Shown: piece after piece, positions 12,781-26,140 of the stretch
How positions within the stretch are numbered: the first letter of the stretch is position 1
Layout: each line of letters begins with the position of its first letter
Assembly (NCBI GenBank): GCA_003427395.1
Contig: BFEA01000033.1
Span: 4,536,151-4,600,150 of the forward strand
Reading direction: 5' to 3'
Source of the DNA: Chara braunii
Lineage: Eukaryota > Plantae > Charophyceae
Length of the DNA: 64,000 nucleotides
Translations under genes and position numbers: made by a program
Notes under the pieces: generated by a model
Database searches by the model: none
What the model was told of the DNA's origin: nothing
What the model saw: only the letters and a program-made list of their open reading frames with translations

Positions 12781-15700
12781 TCTGACGATGGACTTACCTG
12801 TGGACGTAATTGAAATGAGGTGCATCCAGGTCTGGTCGTAAAAGAGGTCAGATGCATCAAGGAAAAGTTGAGGATGAGTATGGCCTTCGAGTGGACGTTG
12901 TCTTTTGAAGTTTGAACTGTGGTCCTGTGAAGATTCTAAGGGAATACAGTGAATACTCGTACGAGGACTGATTCGGCTGAGCCGCTGAGCTTGACGTAAT
13001 GTTTGCTGTCACGTACGTCAAGGTCAACGTGAGATTCCGGTCAGTCACATGCACAGAGGAAACCCTGAGCGTGAGTGTGCCCACTGTGCCCTGAATATTA
13101 AATTGTAACATTTATCTTGAGGTGGAGAAAATTTGTTGGGAGGCTTTTTCTGAGTGAGATAGGATCAGTTTCCCTACACTAACTTCGTTAAACGTGAAGC
13201 TTTGTCGGAGCGAACGAAGGTCGAGGAAAACATCTCTTAAGTTTCCGAATTTGTTGAGGATTCTTTTTGAGCGACTTTGGTAGTGCTCTCTGCTTGGAGC
13301 AGTTTCGTAGTTTGTCAGACGTCGCGCTCGATCCCCGCGAAGAGTCGTTGGAGCGGAGTTAAGGGAAGGAAAACCTATCTATCGTTCTATATTCTGTAGA
13401 CTAAGTCGTTGGAGTGGAGTAAAGGGAAGGAAAACTTATCTATCTTTCTATATTCTGTAGACTAAGTTCCCAATTGACTAGAGTTGTTACCTTCTGTTGA
13501 GTGATTTGTTAAATCATGTTAAAGGTTTTGGATGTTTGTAAGGTTGATGTCATTTTGATGATGATGATGCTTCTCGTTATGAGTCTCTTTTTCGTCTCTT
13601 CTTTCCACGCCCTACTTTGTGCTGTGCAGGGATCATTGCAGGGGTTGCTTGTCTCTTTGTTGCCGTCTAAGACTTTTCTTTCCACGCCCTGCTTTGTGCA
13701 ACCAGGGACTGCAGGGATTGAAATGTTGTAGGAGGTGTACGGATTGTCGGTTGCGTGAATTTTTCTGTACGGCCAAGAGTTGCTCTCTCGGAGGTCGTTA
13801 CCTATATTCCGTCTGAGAGTTCGTACGGAAGCTTTACCAACGAACGTGTACGAACGTTGAGATGGGTGGGTTTGATAATACGAGATGTTTTCTTCATAGG
13901 AGGCCCAAGAAACAGGGCCATGAGGTATGAGGTTACATTGAGGTATACGAGGTATTATGCTGACGTGAAGTGGAACGATTGGGATCGTGTAGAGTGTAAT
14001 AGAGGCGATTAGGATTATAAGTAGTGATGGAGAGGTCAACGAGAGGTATTCGATATGTTACTATGATGGCTTCTTCCCCCCAAACGGTAAGTTATTATAT
14101 AATAGCCGTATTTGGACAATTATAAACCCCAAATACAGCTAGGACAACTATAAACCCCAAATACAGCTAGCACCCCAAATACACAGCTAGAATGACCGGA
14201 CGTTGTATTTGAAGGAAGAAGGTAGTGTCAGGCGAACACACCAACTGAAAAGAAAAAAAGGAAAAGGAAAAAAAAGAAGGAAAAAAAAGAAAGAAAGGGG
14301 AGAACAGAGGTACTACAACGATGTTTCGTGAGTGAAAAAGAAGATTAGCACCCCCCGCTGCACCTGGGTGACGTGGGTACCAGTCCTGTGACTTGAGCAT
14401 CGTGCAAGATGTGACTCGAATTGGGCGCCAGTGACAGGCCGTCATGAAGGGCAAGGGTAATTATTATGGAAGTCCAGAGACTTCCTCCCCGTCACGTACG
14501 TAGTACGTGCTGGTGCTTAGCCTTTTTTGCGTGCGGGGAAGAGGGAGGGAGGGAAGGGGAAACGCGGTTAGCGACGGACTGCTGTGGAGGGGGTTATTCC
14601 TTTGCACCTGTGAATAGTTGACGAATAGGGTGAGGCGGTTTGGAAGCCACGATGGTGGTCACTGTCGACCTAGTGTGGACTGTGGAGGAGGCTACGCCGC
14701 TACGGTCTCGTCGAGTTTGTCTTAAGGTTGGTTGGTTGCTGCGTACTATGCAAACCAAACACGGTGTTGCAAATCAATGTGTAAGTAACACAGTGACTAC
14801 AAAATTTATCACAACAGATCGTTTTGGAGAGACCATATCTGGGTCCTCTTCTCGTTCAGTGGGATTTAGGGCATCTCGTCCATTGAACCGATTACGATGC
14901 AGTGCTCCAGCCACTGCTGAGACTGTAACGCGTGCGCTTCGCGTTTACCGGGAACTAACCAAATGTTTATAGCAATGCCTTTTTCGCTTTGTTGGAAAAT
15001 TTATCTACACACTACAGGTTTTTGACGAAATGATAACGTGGACTCTTTTCTCGATTCATGCGTCTCCGACTCTCCGAGTCATCTTTCCGCATCGGCGGCA
15101 TTGCCCATGCCGCCATGCTAATCTTCTCTCTGAGAGTCTGAGACTCGAGGAACCGGCCGGATTATTGTCCACAGACTAAGTTCCGAAAGTACGGCCGGAT
15201 TATTGTCCACAGACTAAGTTCCGAAAGTAGAAGCTGGCTGGAGGGAGGTGACAGGTTGTGGTACCAGGTTTTCCTCCACAGTCTCGCAGTCCGAGGGACT
15301 GTAGGTCCGAGGGACTGTACTGGTACAGTGGTACTGAGTTCTAAGTGGCGTCTATATTAGTTGGCACAGTTGTAGAACCTGTAGGGTAGGGTAGGGTAGG
15401 GTAGATACTAGATAGGGTAGCAGTAGGTTGGGACCGTTGGGCAGCATGGAGCAGCAGAGGCTTGTTGCTATAGGAACCTGCAGGCACATACTTGGCCCAG
15501 CTATCGGTCATGGAAAAAACAAAAATAGAGTAGAAATGTTTCAAGTCGGATGAATCTGGGCTCTCCTGTAGTAGCCCGTACGTTTCCTAAAATCTTGTCA
15601 CCTTAACGGCCACGACTCGAGGAAGTACTGGTGGGTTTCATAAGCTTGACGGTGCTTCCAGCAACCTTTTGCGGGTGCCAGTGCAATGTCGAGGGCCCCA

Positions 15701-15897
15701 GCCTCAAACATGATCATTATGGAAGTGGAATTTGAATTATGAAAAACAAAAATAGAATTTTTTTTCTCTGATACTTCCAATCCGATGTCCCGAGGACAAT
15801 AAGCGCCAGGGCGTCTCAATGATTTCAATCTCAATCTGATTGAGATCATTGAGCGCATGATTTTGGTCAGTCTCTACTAGTATGGGTTTGCGCACTC

Positions 15898-15998
15898 TAT
15901 TTTTTCAAGACATACATATAAAAAACAAGAATCAAATTAGGAATTGATCAATTCCTATTTTGATTCTTGTTTTTTAATATGTACGTCTTGAAAAAATA
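15898..15998. repeat. Near-perfect ~100-bp palindrome
   Basis: TATTTTTTCAAGAC...TAGGAATTGA|TCAATTCCTA...GTCTTGAAAAAATA. Confidence 0.85.
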
Positions 15999-16777
15999 AA
16001 CAAATAAAAAACAAAATGTTAATCTTGGAGACGTAAATATGTTAACTAAGTCTAGTTTGTCACAGTGGAGGAAGAGTTGTTAAAGGTCCTCAAACCCTTA
16101 CCATCAATCAGATTGAGATCATTGAGCATTCAAGTTGAGGGCATGATTCCGGTCAGTCTCTACTAGACTACTACTACTACGGTAGTATGTGGACGAGTCG
16201 ACAAGGTCCGCAAACCCTGACCAGCAATCAGATTGAGGGCATGATATTCTGATCAGTCTTGTTGAGAAGTGTGCATTTGGTCACATTTGTGCTATGGATT
16301 CTTGTGTTTGGTCAGATAGATTCGAGCCATGGATGCATTGCTTCTGGTCAGACTCGTGCCATGGACTAAGCAACATTTCGCTGTAGGGAGAGGCTACGCT
16401 GGTGATGAGAGCACATGTAGTTAGGACACTGGTGGTGAGCTCGCAGGTGCTTCAGTTTCGGCCCCCAGCCCGCTTAGCCTTATGGTTAGGTGACAGGTGT
16501 TTGCCTGCCAAGCCGTTGGTTGTGTGTTCGAGTCTTGTATTTCGGATTACACATAAGGATGGGCTGAGATCTTGCGCAATGCGCATCAGTGAGCTGAGAA
16601 CCAGCATGGTGCTGCTGGAATCTTTCCCGTAACTTGTGAGCAATTAGCTGTTGAAGTCATAAGCTGGTACTAGGCGGTGATAGACTTGATACATAGGCCT
16701 TACGGCGCAGGGTGGCAGGCGGTGGGTGTCTTCAACTGGCAGCCTCATGTCATCGTCTTGCGGATATTAGGGCCTTT

Positions 16778-17102
16778 TCGTCAAAACGGACATATTTTAT
16801 TTTTTGAACGAAATTGAAACCTCATAAACTGGGACGATTTAGGTGGAAATTTCAAGCTCTTGAGGGTCCTGCGTCCTTGAAATGACGGTCCCTTGGATGT
16901 ATCTGGACTTAGCTGAAGGGGGTACAGCGTTTTGAAAACGCCGTACCCCCCTGGATGTATCTGGACTTAGCTTGCATCAAGGGGGTAGGTAAGGGCGTTT
17001 GCAGAATGTTGTACTCTCAGGAGCTGAAAATATAGACCTAAATCGGGCCAATTTATGAGTTTCCAATTTCGTTCAAAAAATAAAATATGTCCGTTTTGAC
17101 GA
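16778..17102. mobile_element. MITE with ~55-bp TIRs
   Basis: TCGTCAAAACGGACATATTTTATTTTTTGAACGAAATTG at the left end and its reverse complement at the right; internal direct repeat GGATGTATCTGGACTTAGCT. Confidence 0.75.
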
Positions 17103-18038
17103 CATTGATGTTCTTTTCAAACTGGTTTATCCTCTCTGTGGAAAAAAAGTGGCTTTGTTTTCACCCCCAATACAACATACTGTTGTAGGGTCCAGATGCA
17201 GCAACAATGACTGTCTATGCCTATGTGGCACCCTCAGCCGCAGCCGGCGCCTGCTCGGCTGCGGCCGAGTTTGCGCGCGGCCGAGCCAAGACCAGGCGGG
17301 GACGCGCGCGGAAAAACAACACACGCGCATGACATGACAGGGTAAGTTGTTGTTGTGCTGTCATCCCACGTCTCTTCTTCACTACACGTGGCAAAACGTG
17401 TTCTCCTAAGTGACTTCGAAGTCCCCTTCCTCCCGACTAACTTCGTATTGGTGCCCGATCTCCAGCCCGCTCCAGCCTGCTCCCCCCCTGTCTTCCAAGC
17501 CTCTGCCCCTACCCCTGCCCCCCCCCCCCCACTGCCCCTCCCCCTGCCCGTCCCTTCCAACCCTTCTTCATCCCCCTTCTCTTCCAACCCCTCTTCATCC
17601 CCCTTCACCTCAACTCCCACCCGGCCCCCCGCAGCTCGGCCGCCCCACAGCAGCATCAGCGATAGAGGTGCGGGAGATTGACTGGTATGGAGCGTACTGG
17701 CAGGAAGGTGATCAATTACGAAGCAACTCTGGCTTCATGATACAAAACGACATGAGACAACTGGTTGCAGCAGCCACAATATGTTGAGACTCGAGTGGAC
17801 CCGATACTTCATAAAGGTCCAAGTGCCAGCCCGGGGAAGACGCTAATTACTTCACGATCACTCGTGGCGGCCTGCCTTCAGGCTGAACTTGAAGAGGCGT
17901 TTCCTCCATAAAATGTACAGGTTCTCTACAAAAGGTTTACCAGGGGGGTTGCAGTCGCCAAGGGGGGTGTTTAGCCATTTTACCGGCAGGACGAGAGCAG
18001 ACGTTGAAGCACGGCGGACACCATCCTGGGTGGGGCTA

Positions 18039-18133
18039 CCGAATAGAACGCCCGGTCATTATCGCTGCATCTGGACAGGAAATGGCCCCAAATACGGCTG
18101 TAATGACCGGGCGTTATATTCGGGTGAAGACGG
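18039..18133. mobile_element. pogo/Tc1-like MITE copy, left end truncated
   Basis: CCGAATAGAACGCCCGGTCATT...TTCGGGTGAAGACGG|ta. Confidence 0.72.
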
Positions 18134-19560
18134 TAGGCCAGTGGGAAGTAGGAGCTTTGTAAATTGGAAGGCCCAGGCAGGGTAACATATGCAGCCCGGG
18201 GGGAGAGAAGAAAGCTCAGGAACAACAACTTTAATGGCCATATGCCCAACAAACACTGTACCACAAAGTTGTATTCATGGGACGCTGGACCCGATTTCCG
18301 GCAGGTGCTGCTCCCCACCAATAGATGGAGCCTCCCCGACGCGGGCCGACGGTGCTAGACGTGCCTGCGCTTATCAGCATGCCAAAAAAAAAAAAAAAAA
18401 AAAGAAAGAATTGTGCAGCCACTGTAGCGAACCGTTCCCTCGGTCGTTCGGCTCACAACTTCACGTGCCCATCATCCTTGGGTGTAGTCTGCGTAGAGAC
18501 TGGGCTCGTAGCTCGACGACCGGGTGGCAGCAAGAAATGGCTTAAATCAACTTCAATGTCTACTGTACAGTGAAAACACAAAGCAATAGGATCATCTTTG
18601 TTTTTTTACTGTGAACACGAAAAAAAAGAAGAAAAAAGAGGTTGCATTGCCAATTTGCAAAAGCTTATGAGTGGGAAAAACACATTCCAGCATGATGGAG
18701 TTACTACTGTATTAAGCTCAGATCTGACACTGTGTGCAGCAATACTAACACCCCCCTGCAGGCTAAGCCTTGCACTATTGAATGTGTATGTGGCTTCGCC
18801 GCTTCGGGTAGTTGCTCTGGAATCTGGATGGTCCAGGATCAACAACAAGGTCCACGGACCGTACCATCTGCTTTCAGAATCAGTTAAGTAACAGAATTGG
18901 AAGAATCTGATCTCATTTCCTCGGTTTATAAAGCGGCATAATTAAAGCCTTGTGGCTTTTCATTATGCACGTTAGTGAAGTTACACTTCTAAAGAAGCTG
19001 CTCTGACTGTCCAAGTCTGATCAAGAAGTCTGAGAACAAAGAAGTTGCCGAACAGAGACATGGGCATGTTGGCCTTGGAGGCTTGGGACTCTTGGAGTTG
19101 TCAACTTCTCGTGTCTCACTAAGTTTCAGACTGGCGTTTTTGTGTCGGAGCAATGCTCGATTCATTCAAGAAAACTCTGCGGCCTGGCTGCATTGGGCTT
19201 CAATCACCCAGTGGGCCAGTGGCACCTTCTCAGGACTGCAACAGTGTAACGTCCCAGAATTTGTTGGGTGTCTGATCATGACTCTGACTCGTGAGGCAAT
19301 TTAGTCACTAACAGGAGTCCTACAGTCTCCTACTTTGCTTCACTGTGTACCGAGCTTTAATCATCGCCGAATTGAGTTCCCATAGTCCTACATTTCAGAA
19401 TGTATTGGGCAGCAATCATGGCTTGATTCGCTCAGGAAGTCCTGGTGTATGTCCCTAGTCAAATCATGGATTGATGCGGTCAGGAATGTCCTATTTCCAA
19501 GTATATCCCCCGGAATTCAAAAACTTGAACAGGAGAGAGGAGGTGCCACGTCCGGCAACA

Positions 19561-19650
<90 letters not shown>

Positions 19651-19973
19651 NNNNNNNNNNNNNNNNNNNNNNNNNNNNNNNNNNNNNNNNNNNNNNNNNN
19701 NNNNNNNNNNNNNNNNNNNNNNNNNNNNNNNNNNNNNNNNNNNNNNNNNNNNNNNNNNNNNNNNNNNNNNNNNNNNNNNNNNNNNNNNNNNNNNNNNNNN
19801 NNNNNNNNNNNNNNNNNNNNNNNNNNNNNNNNNNNNNNNNNNNNNNNNNNNNNNNNNNNNNNNNNNNNNNNNNNNNNNNNNNNNNNNNNNNNNNNNNNNN
19901 NNNNNNNNNNNNNNNNNNNNNNNNNNNNNNNNNNNNNNNNNNNNNNNNNNNNNNNNNNNNNNNNNNNNNNNAC

Positions 19974-20050
<77 letters not shown>

Positions 20051-21982
20051 TGACTATCATACATTTCTTTGAGTTGTGTACAGTAGCAAACATGACAACA
20101 TGTGTGGAAGCGAGCGTTGTTTCTTGCACCGGTACTGAAGCAGTTCTGTATGAGCAGTGTACTGTTTGGTTGCACCGTTGCGGTGCTGCTTCCAGTGGAG
20201 CACTGGTGCCAGTCACTGCCAGAAGTAAACTTGGGTTCGGCTGGTGTCCAACGCAAATAACAAAATTGAAGTGCCTAGTAGCAGGAGGGTAGGCCCTGCG
20301 GAGACACTTGTGAGGCCTGGCATTTCACACTTGTGAGACCTGGTATTTGCCACTTGTGAAGTAACTGTTGTGAGGCCTGGCTTCTGAGTTCCGTAAAATT
20401 GCGTTCAAGAACTCCAAAACTCGTGGCCGCAGAGAAATTGAGAGAATCAAAGGGATGCCAAACCCGTAGAAGAAACAACCACAACCGGATGATCATAATT
20501 GTCTCTTATTTGCCCAGCGGACAGAGGACATCCGAAAACGAAAACAAAATCCACGGGTGATGCTGCTGCCTGCTGCGTAGTGGCAAGTGGCTGGCCAACT
20601 TATCTCATGGATTCTCACCCGCTACTCCAGGGTCTCCACCCCCGTCCCTATGTGCCTGCTGTGCCCACGTGGCTGAAAGGTACATGCATGTACTAGCTGT
20701 TTTTTTCTGAAACGGAGAACGGAGGGAGAGTGCACACACGCTCCGCATTTGACACAGACTTGCCATGCTGAGCAAGGACACGCACACGTAGTAGTATGAA
20801 AGTAATGCCACACAATAATTATGTTCGTGCGCAACGCGATTCCATGCACAGACGAAGGAACAACCAAGGTAAAGTTCTTGGAACAGGTTGGCTTCAGAAT
20901 GCACCCGGACGCACAGGTACACGAGGGGATGGACCACAATGGTCAGCACCTCACTGTGCACATGGCCAGGAAGTCGTCCAGGTTCATTCTGGGCCTTCCT
21001 CGTCAGTGGACATTCTAAACCCCTGGGTGGTTCTTGCATAGTTTAACCAACTGAACCGTGAAGGCGTGATTGGGGTAATATATGATCGGTGATTCCGTGG
21101 TCCATCGGGAAAAAAAATTACAGAGAATGAGATGAAGTTGATGAACTACTTAAAATTGTGAACGCAATTATACACATGCGGCATGATACACATGATCTCT
21201 CGGCCCGTCTCGGGTAAGAGTGGATGTTAAAAATTACAGAGAATGAGATGAAGTTGATGAACTACTTAAAAAAATTCCCCCTTTAATTTCTTATTTCACT
21301 TTTGATTGCTTGGTTGAATTATATAATAATATAATAATAATAACAGTCAATAACAGTCACTGGGGGTAACGGCATGATCGACATCCAACTTGAATGGCTA
21401 GAATGGACCTTCGAGTCCCTGTGTCCCACAGAATCTGATCAGAGATTCAGAGTAACAGTGCTGCATCATGTTGCTGACCATCCAGTGCACGTAGTACGGG
21501 ACCATTCACTGATAAATTAAATGTGTACCTACCTGTGGTCCTGTGGTTGCAGCCTGCAGGTGCTTTGTGAAGTGGCTATGGTGGTTCTGGGCGATGAAGC
21601 ATGGGGGCTGGACCTTTGTTTATTCTTCCTTAAAGTTGTGTTCATGTGAACACTTCCCACACAATGTCAGACATAATGCGTTCAGCATGGATGTGGGTGT
21701 CCTTCCGTTGGCCCGTTGGGCATCGCAATTCTGTGTCTACTGTCTAGTAGTAGGTTGTGTGACTTTTGTAGGTCACAAATGTGTGCACGTCTGTCACAGT
21801 GGGTGGGTTGCGAGCACAAGACTACAAGACTAGTGTGCATCTGATGTGTTCCTATACACACTCAGTCTGACTCAGAGCCTGAGAGGGAGAATCTGCGCTG
21901 CCAGTGGTGACGAGACCCGTAGAAAGAGAAAGAGAAAGAGAACACGGGCGTGCGGCAGCGATGTGAGTAGCCCTGCTTCCTA

Positions 21983-22013
<31 letters not shown>

Positions 22014-22694
22014 GGAGAGGGAGAATCTGCCCTCAGCTGCCAGTCTGAGAAGGAAGCAGCCCCGCTTCTATGATCGTATCGCTGACTGAGGCTGAGACTC
22101 TGAGGGAGAATCTGCCCTGCCAGCGGTGACTTGTATGAAGCAGGGCTTGAACAGTTGAACGGTTGACCCCACTGACTTGTAGGAAGAGACCACTGCAAGA
22201 TCATGGTCTTAGCTAGCACACCACTCTCCTGCATCATTCCACATAATATTATGAAAAAATGGTTCGGATTCACTCCGATTGACGGGCGTGCGGCAGCGAC
22301 GAGTCTAGGTCATGTGCCCCCCCTGCTCCTGTTGGATGCATTGGGTGACAATGCGTGCCCTTGTCTGTGGTCCGCGGCTGCCTTGCTGCCGGTCGGTCGG
22401 ACTCCCCGCTTGCTCTGCAGATCCTTCTTGGCAAGCTGCTGTGTTCGGTATGTGTGTGTGGCCGACGGCCGTGCGGTTTGGTGTTGCCAGCTGCCTTCCT
22501 GCCCATCTGCAGGCCATCCCTTCTGTGTCCGTCCAGGTTTGCTTGCTTACCATGTAGACTAGTTTGGTTGCCACGGCGTGGTTGCAGCTGCGCATTGCAG
22601 TGTGGTTGCCTTGTTGGTGTTGCTTTCAATGCCTTGTGCTTCCCTACGTGGTTGCGGCACTGTGCATCCACTTGCCATGTTCGTTTTTGCACTG

Positions 22695-22799
22695 CCGTCT
22701 TCACCCGAATAGAACGCCCGGTCATTGTCACTGCATCTAGACTGAAAATTGCACCAAATACGGCTATAATGACCGGGCGTTCTATTCGGGTTAAGACGG
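22695..22799. mobile_element. Small palindromic pogo/Tc1-like MITE (~105 bp)
   Basis: TIR CCGTCTTCACCCGAATAGAACGCCCGGTCATT. Related copies at 18039-18133, 58309-58481 (TA on both flanks), 58734-58822, 57320-57430 and ~14105-14222. Confidence 0.78.
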
Positions 22800-23190
22800 C
22801 AGTCTTTGAGACTTTGGCGCTTAGCAGCCATCATGATGTTGCCTTTCCGGAGTTCCCTGGAGCCTCGCTGCGTCGCTGCCCGCTGCTGTGTTCCATTTGC
22901 TGACAATCTGCCTTCAAAATGACAAGTTCAAGGGTTCCATTGGTTAAAGTGTTCCATTGGTTAAAGGGTTCATGACTCTAACCAATGACCATCCATACGG
23001 AGGAGATTCAGCAGATTGTCGAGGGCTCCCCATTTGCCTCGACAATCTGCCTGGCGCTTCGCTTTGTTGCTGCGTGGCAGACTGAGTGCGTGCTGCTGTG
23101 TTCCCTGTGGGGATAGTCTGGCATCAACAAGCCTTAGGGTGAAAGGGTTCATGACTCAAACTATCAAAATAGTAAAATACGCAGATTGAG

Positions 23191-23248
23191 CAGAAGGTCG
23201 AGGGTTCCAGCTCCTGCCTGATGAGTGTAACCCCGATGAAACTATCTT
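23191..23248 (+). ncRNA. Degenerate type III hammerhead motif of the same family
   Basis: CAGAAG-GTC-GAGGGTTCCAGCTCCTGC-CTGATGA-GTGTAACCCCGAT-GAA-ACTATCT. Retains GUC followed by GAGGGTTC. Confidence 0.55.
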
Positions 23249-25439
23249 GTTATCATCACTCAGCTTTTTTTTTTTTTTTATCTTTTTTTTTTCGCTCTAA
23301 GAGTTACTGTTTTTGTTGTTGATGGGTTTTTTTTTCGGTGTGCTTCTTGTAGTCCTGCGTTTTTCTCCTGTATCTGCTTGGTGTCTTGCCCACCCACCTT
23401 CCCCTCGGCCCCCACCAGGCCGTGCCCTGCAAGTTCTGCAGCCGCTTCTTGTTCATAGTCTTGTTGCTTTGTCGCCCTGACAGTGTGCCTGCTGCTTTTC
23501 TTTTTTTTTTGCTGCTGCAGCCTGGTTTGTTGGCTGTCAAGTGCTTTGTTCTTCGAACTTCCTTTTTTCCCCCTTGTCCTCTGCCTTGCTGCTTCGGGAT
23601 GCTGCTGTTAGTTGATTGTCTTTTCCATATGTTCTTACGGCCTTGTGCCCTTAGGCTAGTGCCCTCGGCTGTAGTCCTTGGTACTAGTTGTCAGGTCGGT
23701 GAAAGATAGACGTCGATGTTTGTGCAGGTTTTCAAGTTGTTGCTTTCGTGTCGGGGATGCGTGTACCTTCTGTATTTACCATACCATGTGCCACTGGATC
23801 TCTCTATGTCTGGTATGATTTTTTGTTGCCCTTTTAAATACAGACCCCATCGATTGCAGTCGCGCCAGCCGCCTGTCCTCAATCAAACACACACATGTCA
23901 TTGATTGGTTAGGATGGGGCTTGCTTGTACTAGCACATCTTATTCATTTTTGTGGTCGGATAATTTGTTGACGGTTCTTTGTTCATACCTGGCCAAATTA
24001 TTTTCCCCTGCTGTAGGGCATGGGCTGTCTGTTAATGAAGGCATGGTAACGTTGCGGGTGGCCACAATTGTTTCGAGCGGCCCGGGGAACGTTTGCTTGG
24101 AGTCATGGTCATTGTATCTTCTGGAGGAGGCTCAGCCTGAGAGAGTCTAAGTTTGTTGTGGGTGTCACTCCCACGGGTTGCGCTTTTGGAGCACAATGTC
24201 ATGGAAGATGGCCGCGGTGCTTCCATGCTGTTTTAAGCAGTAGTGCTCCACTGCTCCTGGTGTTGCTGGGCATTCTCTGAATGTATGCTTGGATTTCTGG
24301 CCACAGAATCTTGCCGAGGAGGCTCAGAGAGTGTTTGATGTGGGTGTCATTCCCATGGGCTGCTCTTTTGGAGCGCAATTGGCGACTTCGAGGGTGTTTT
24401 CTAAGCAGCAGCCCTCCTTGTGTTGTGTGAAGCTCTTGTGGTCTTTTTGGGTTTATGGTACTCTACAGAGGATAGACAGCAGAATCTGAATGGGGACCGT
24501 CTAGCCATGGAGTGATCATGTAGATAGCCATGGAGTGGTGACGTGAGTGTGTTGTTCGGGACTCGGGAGGCAAATAGGAGTGACAGTGCCGCTGTGCTTG
24601 TGGGCTGACTTGGAGGGCTCTACAAGTTCTCTCGGACTATGCTGCCTCTGGTCGGTACTTTCTTGCCGGTGGAGCCTTCTGTGTTGTGTATGTTGTCTTC
24701 CGCCCTGAGGCTCTACCTTTGTTTTAAATTTATAGATTGCAAAAACTACATGATATATTTGTGTGCAAGTGTGACGCTTTGGCGGCAGATGGCAGATGGG
24801 TGTGTGGGCACTTCCTGCTCAACCACACAACTTGAAACGTGGGCAACCTTGCACCTTTTATCATATTGCGGATTAAATTTATACTTCTTTTTTTTTCTTT
24901 TTTTTTTTTTAAGCGAAGCCGATAGAGGACATAATGTGCCCGGGTCAGAACGAGTTAAATACTAAATACGGGCGCGAGGCCACTCTGGTTTTTTATTTTT
25001 TATTTTTTATCTTTATTACTCTTATTCAAGGGAATAGCGGGTCTCGCAGGTCTCGCGTGACGCTCCGTGCAGTCAGCCTCCCAGTGTTGAGAAAACGGGC
25101 GGGGACAAGGTGTGGGCCCGAGGGAAAGCGGGAGAAACGCGCAAGAGATTTTTGCAGCGTCCATGTCGCGCGGCGCATCATGTTTGAATACAAGTACCAC
25201 GTAGCGGTGTCTTTTTTGTTTTTTTTCCCTTTTTTCTGTACTAGTGGTTTGTTGTGTGAGGCAGCACATTGATGCTTCCAGATACCATCCTTGGCCTCAA
25301 TCTCTCTTTGAAGCGAAATCTGATGTTTGAGTGTTCTGAGTTATGCTACACGTGCGGTGCATTTCAGGTTCTTCTTTTTTGCTACCTGCACGTGGCTTTT
25401 TGTCAGCCTGCATGCAGCCCTGTCGATTTGCATACGGCC

Positions 25440-26140
25440 TCGCTCCTTTGTACTCGCCACATGCACAAAAGACATAAACGTTTCGTGGTGTATCTTGCCA
25501 TGTTCACGCTGAAGATTCATTCCTCACAACATTCTGGGATGGTCCCAATGCATGCAACGCTGTCCGTGCACTTGAGGCGTCACTCCAGTACTCACCACAT
25601 ACACAAAAGGCAAAATATATATATATATATCGTCATATATATATATGTGTGTGTGTGTGTGTGAATTTGCTTAGGCCCTCACTCAACTGCCTCACCACAT
25701 GCACAAAAGACAACAATATGGCATTGTATCTTCCCATGTTCATGGGGAAGATTCATTTCTCACAATGCAACCGTACAAAAGGTCTACCTCTGTCCATTTC
25801 TCACCACACGCCCCCCCGCTAATCACATGCATGAAAGACACAAATATGGCAGAAGACGCAAATATGGTGGTGTATCTTCCCATGTTCATGCGGAAGATTC
25901 ATTTCTCACACATGCATGAAAGACACAAATACGGTGGTGTATCTTCCCATGTTCATGTGGAAGATTCATTTCTCACAATGTATACAAGGCCTACCTTCAA
26001 GTTGGTCCATTTCTCACCACATGCACAAAAGACAAAAAATATGGGAAGAATCCGGAAGATCCATTTCTCAGTGTATACAAGGACTCCACGTTCCATGCAC
26101 AAAAGGCAAAAAGGGGGAAGATCACGGTAGGCATGAAAGA
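25440..26140. repeat. Degenerate ~65-bp tandem/clustered repeat
   Basis: Recurrent CACATGCACAAAAGAC...GTATCTTCCCATGTTCATG..GAAGATTCATTTCTCACA. Confidence 0.75.
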
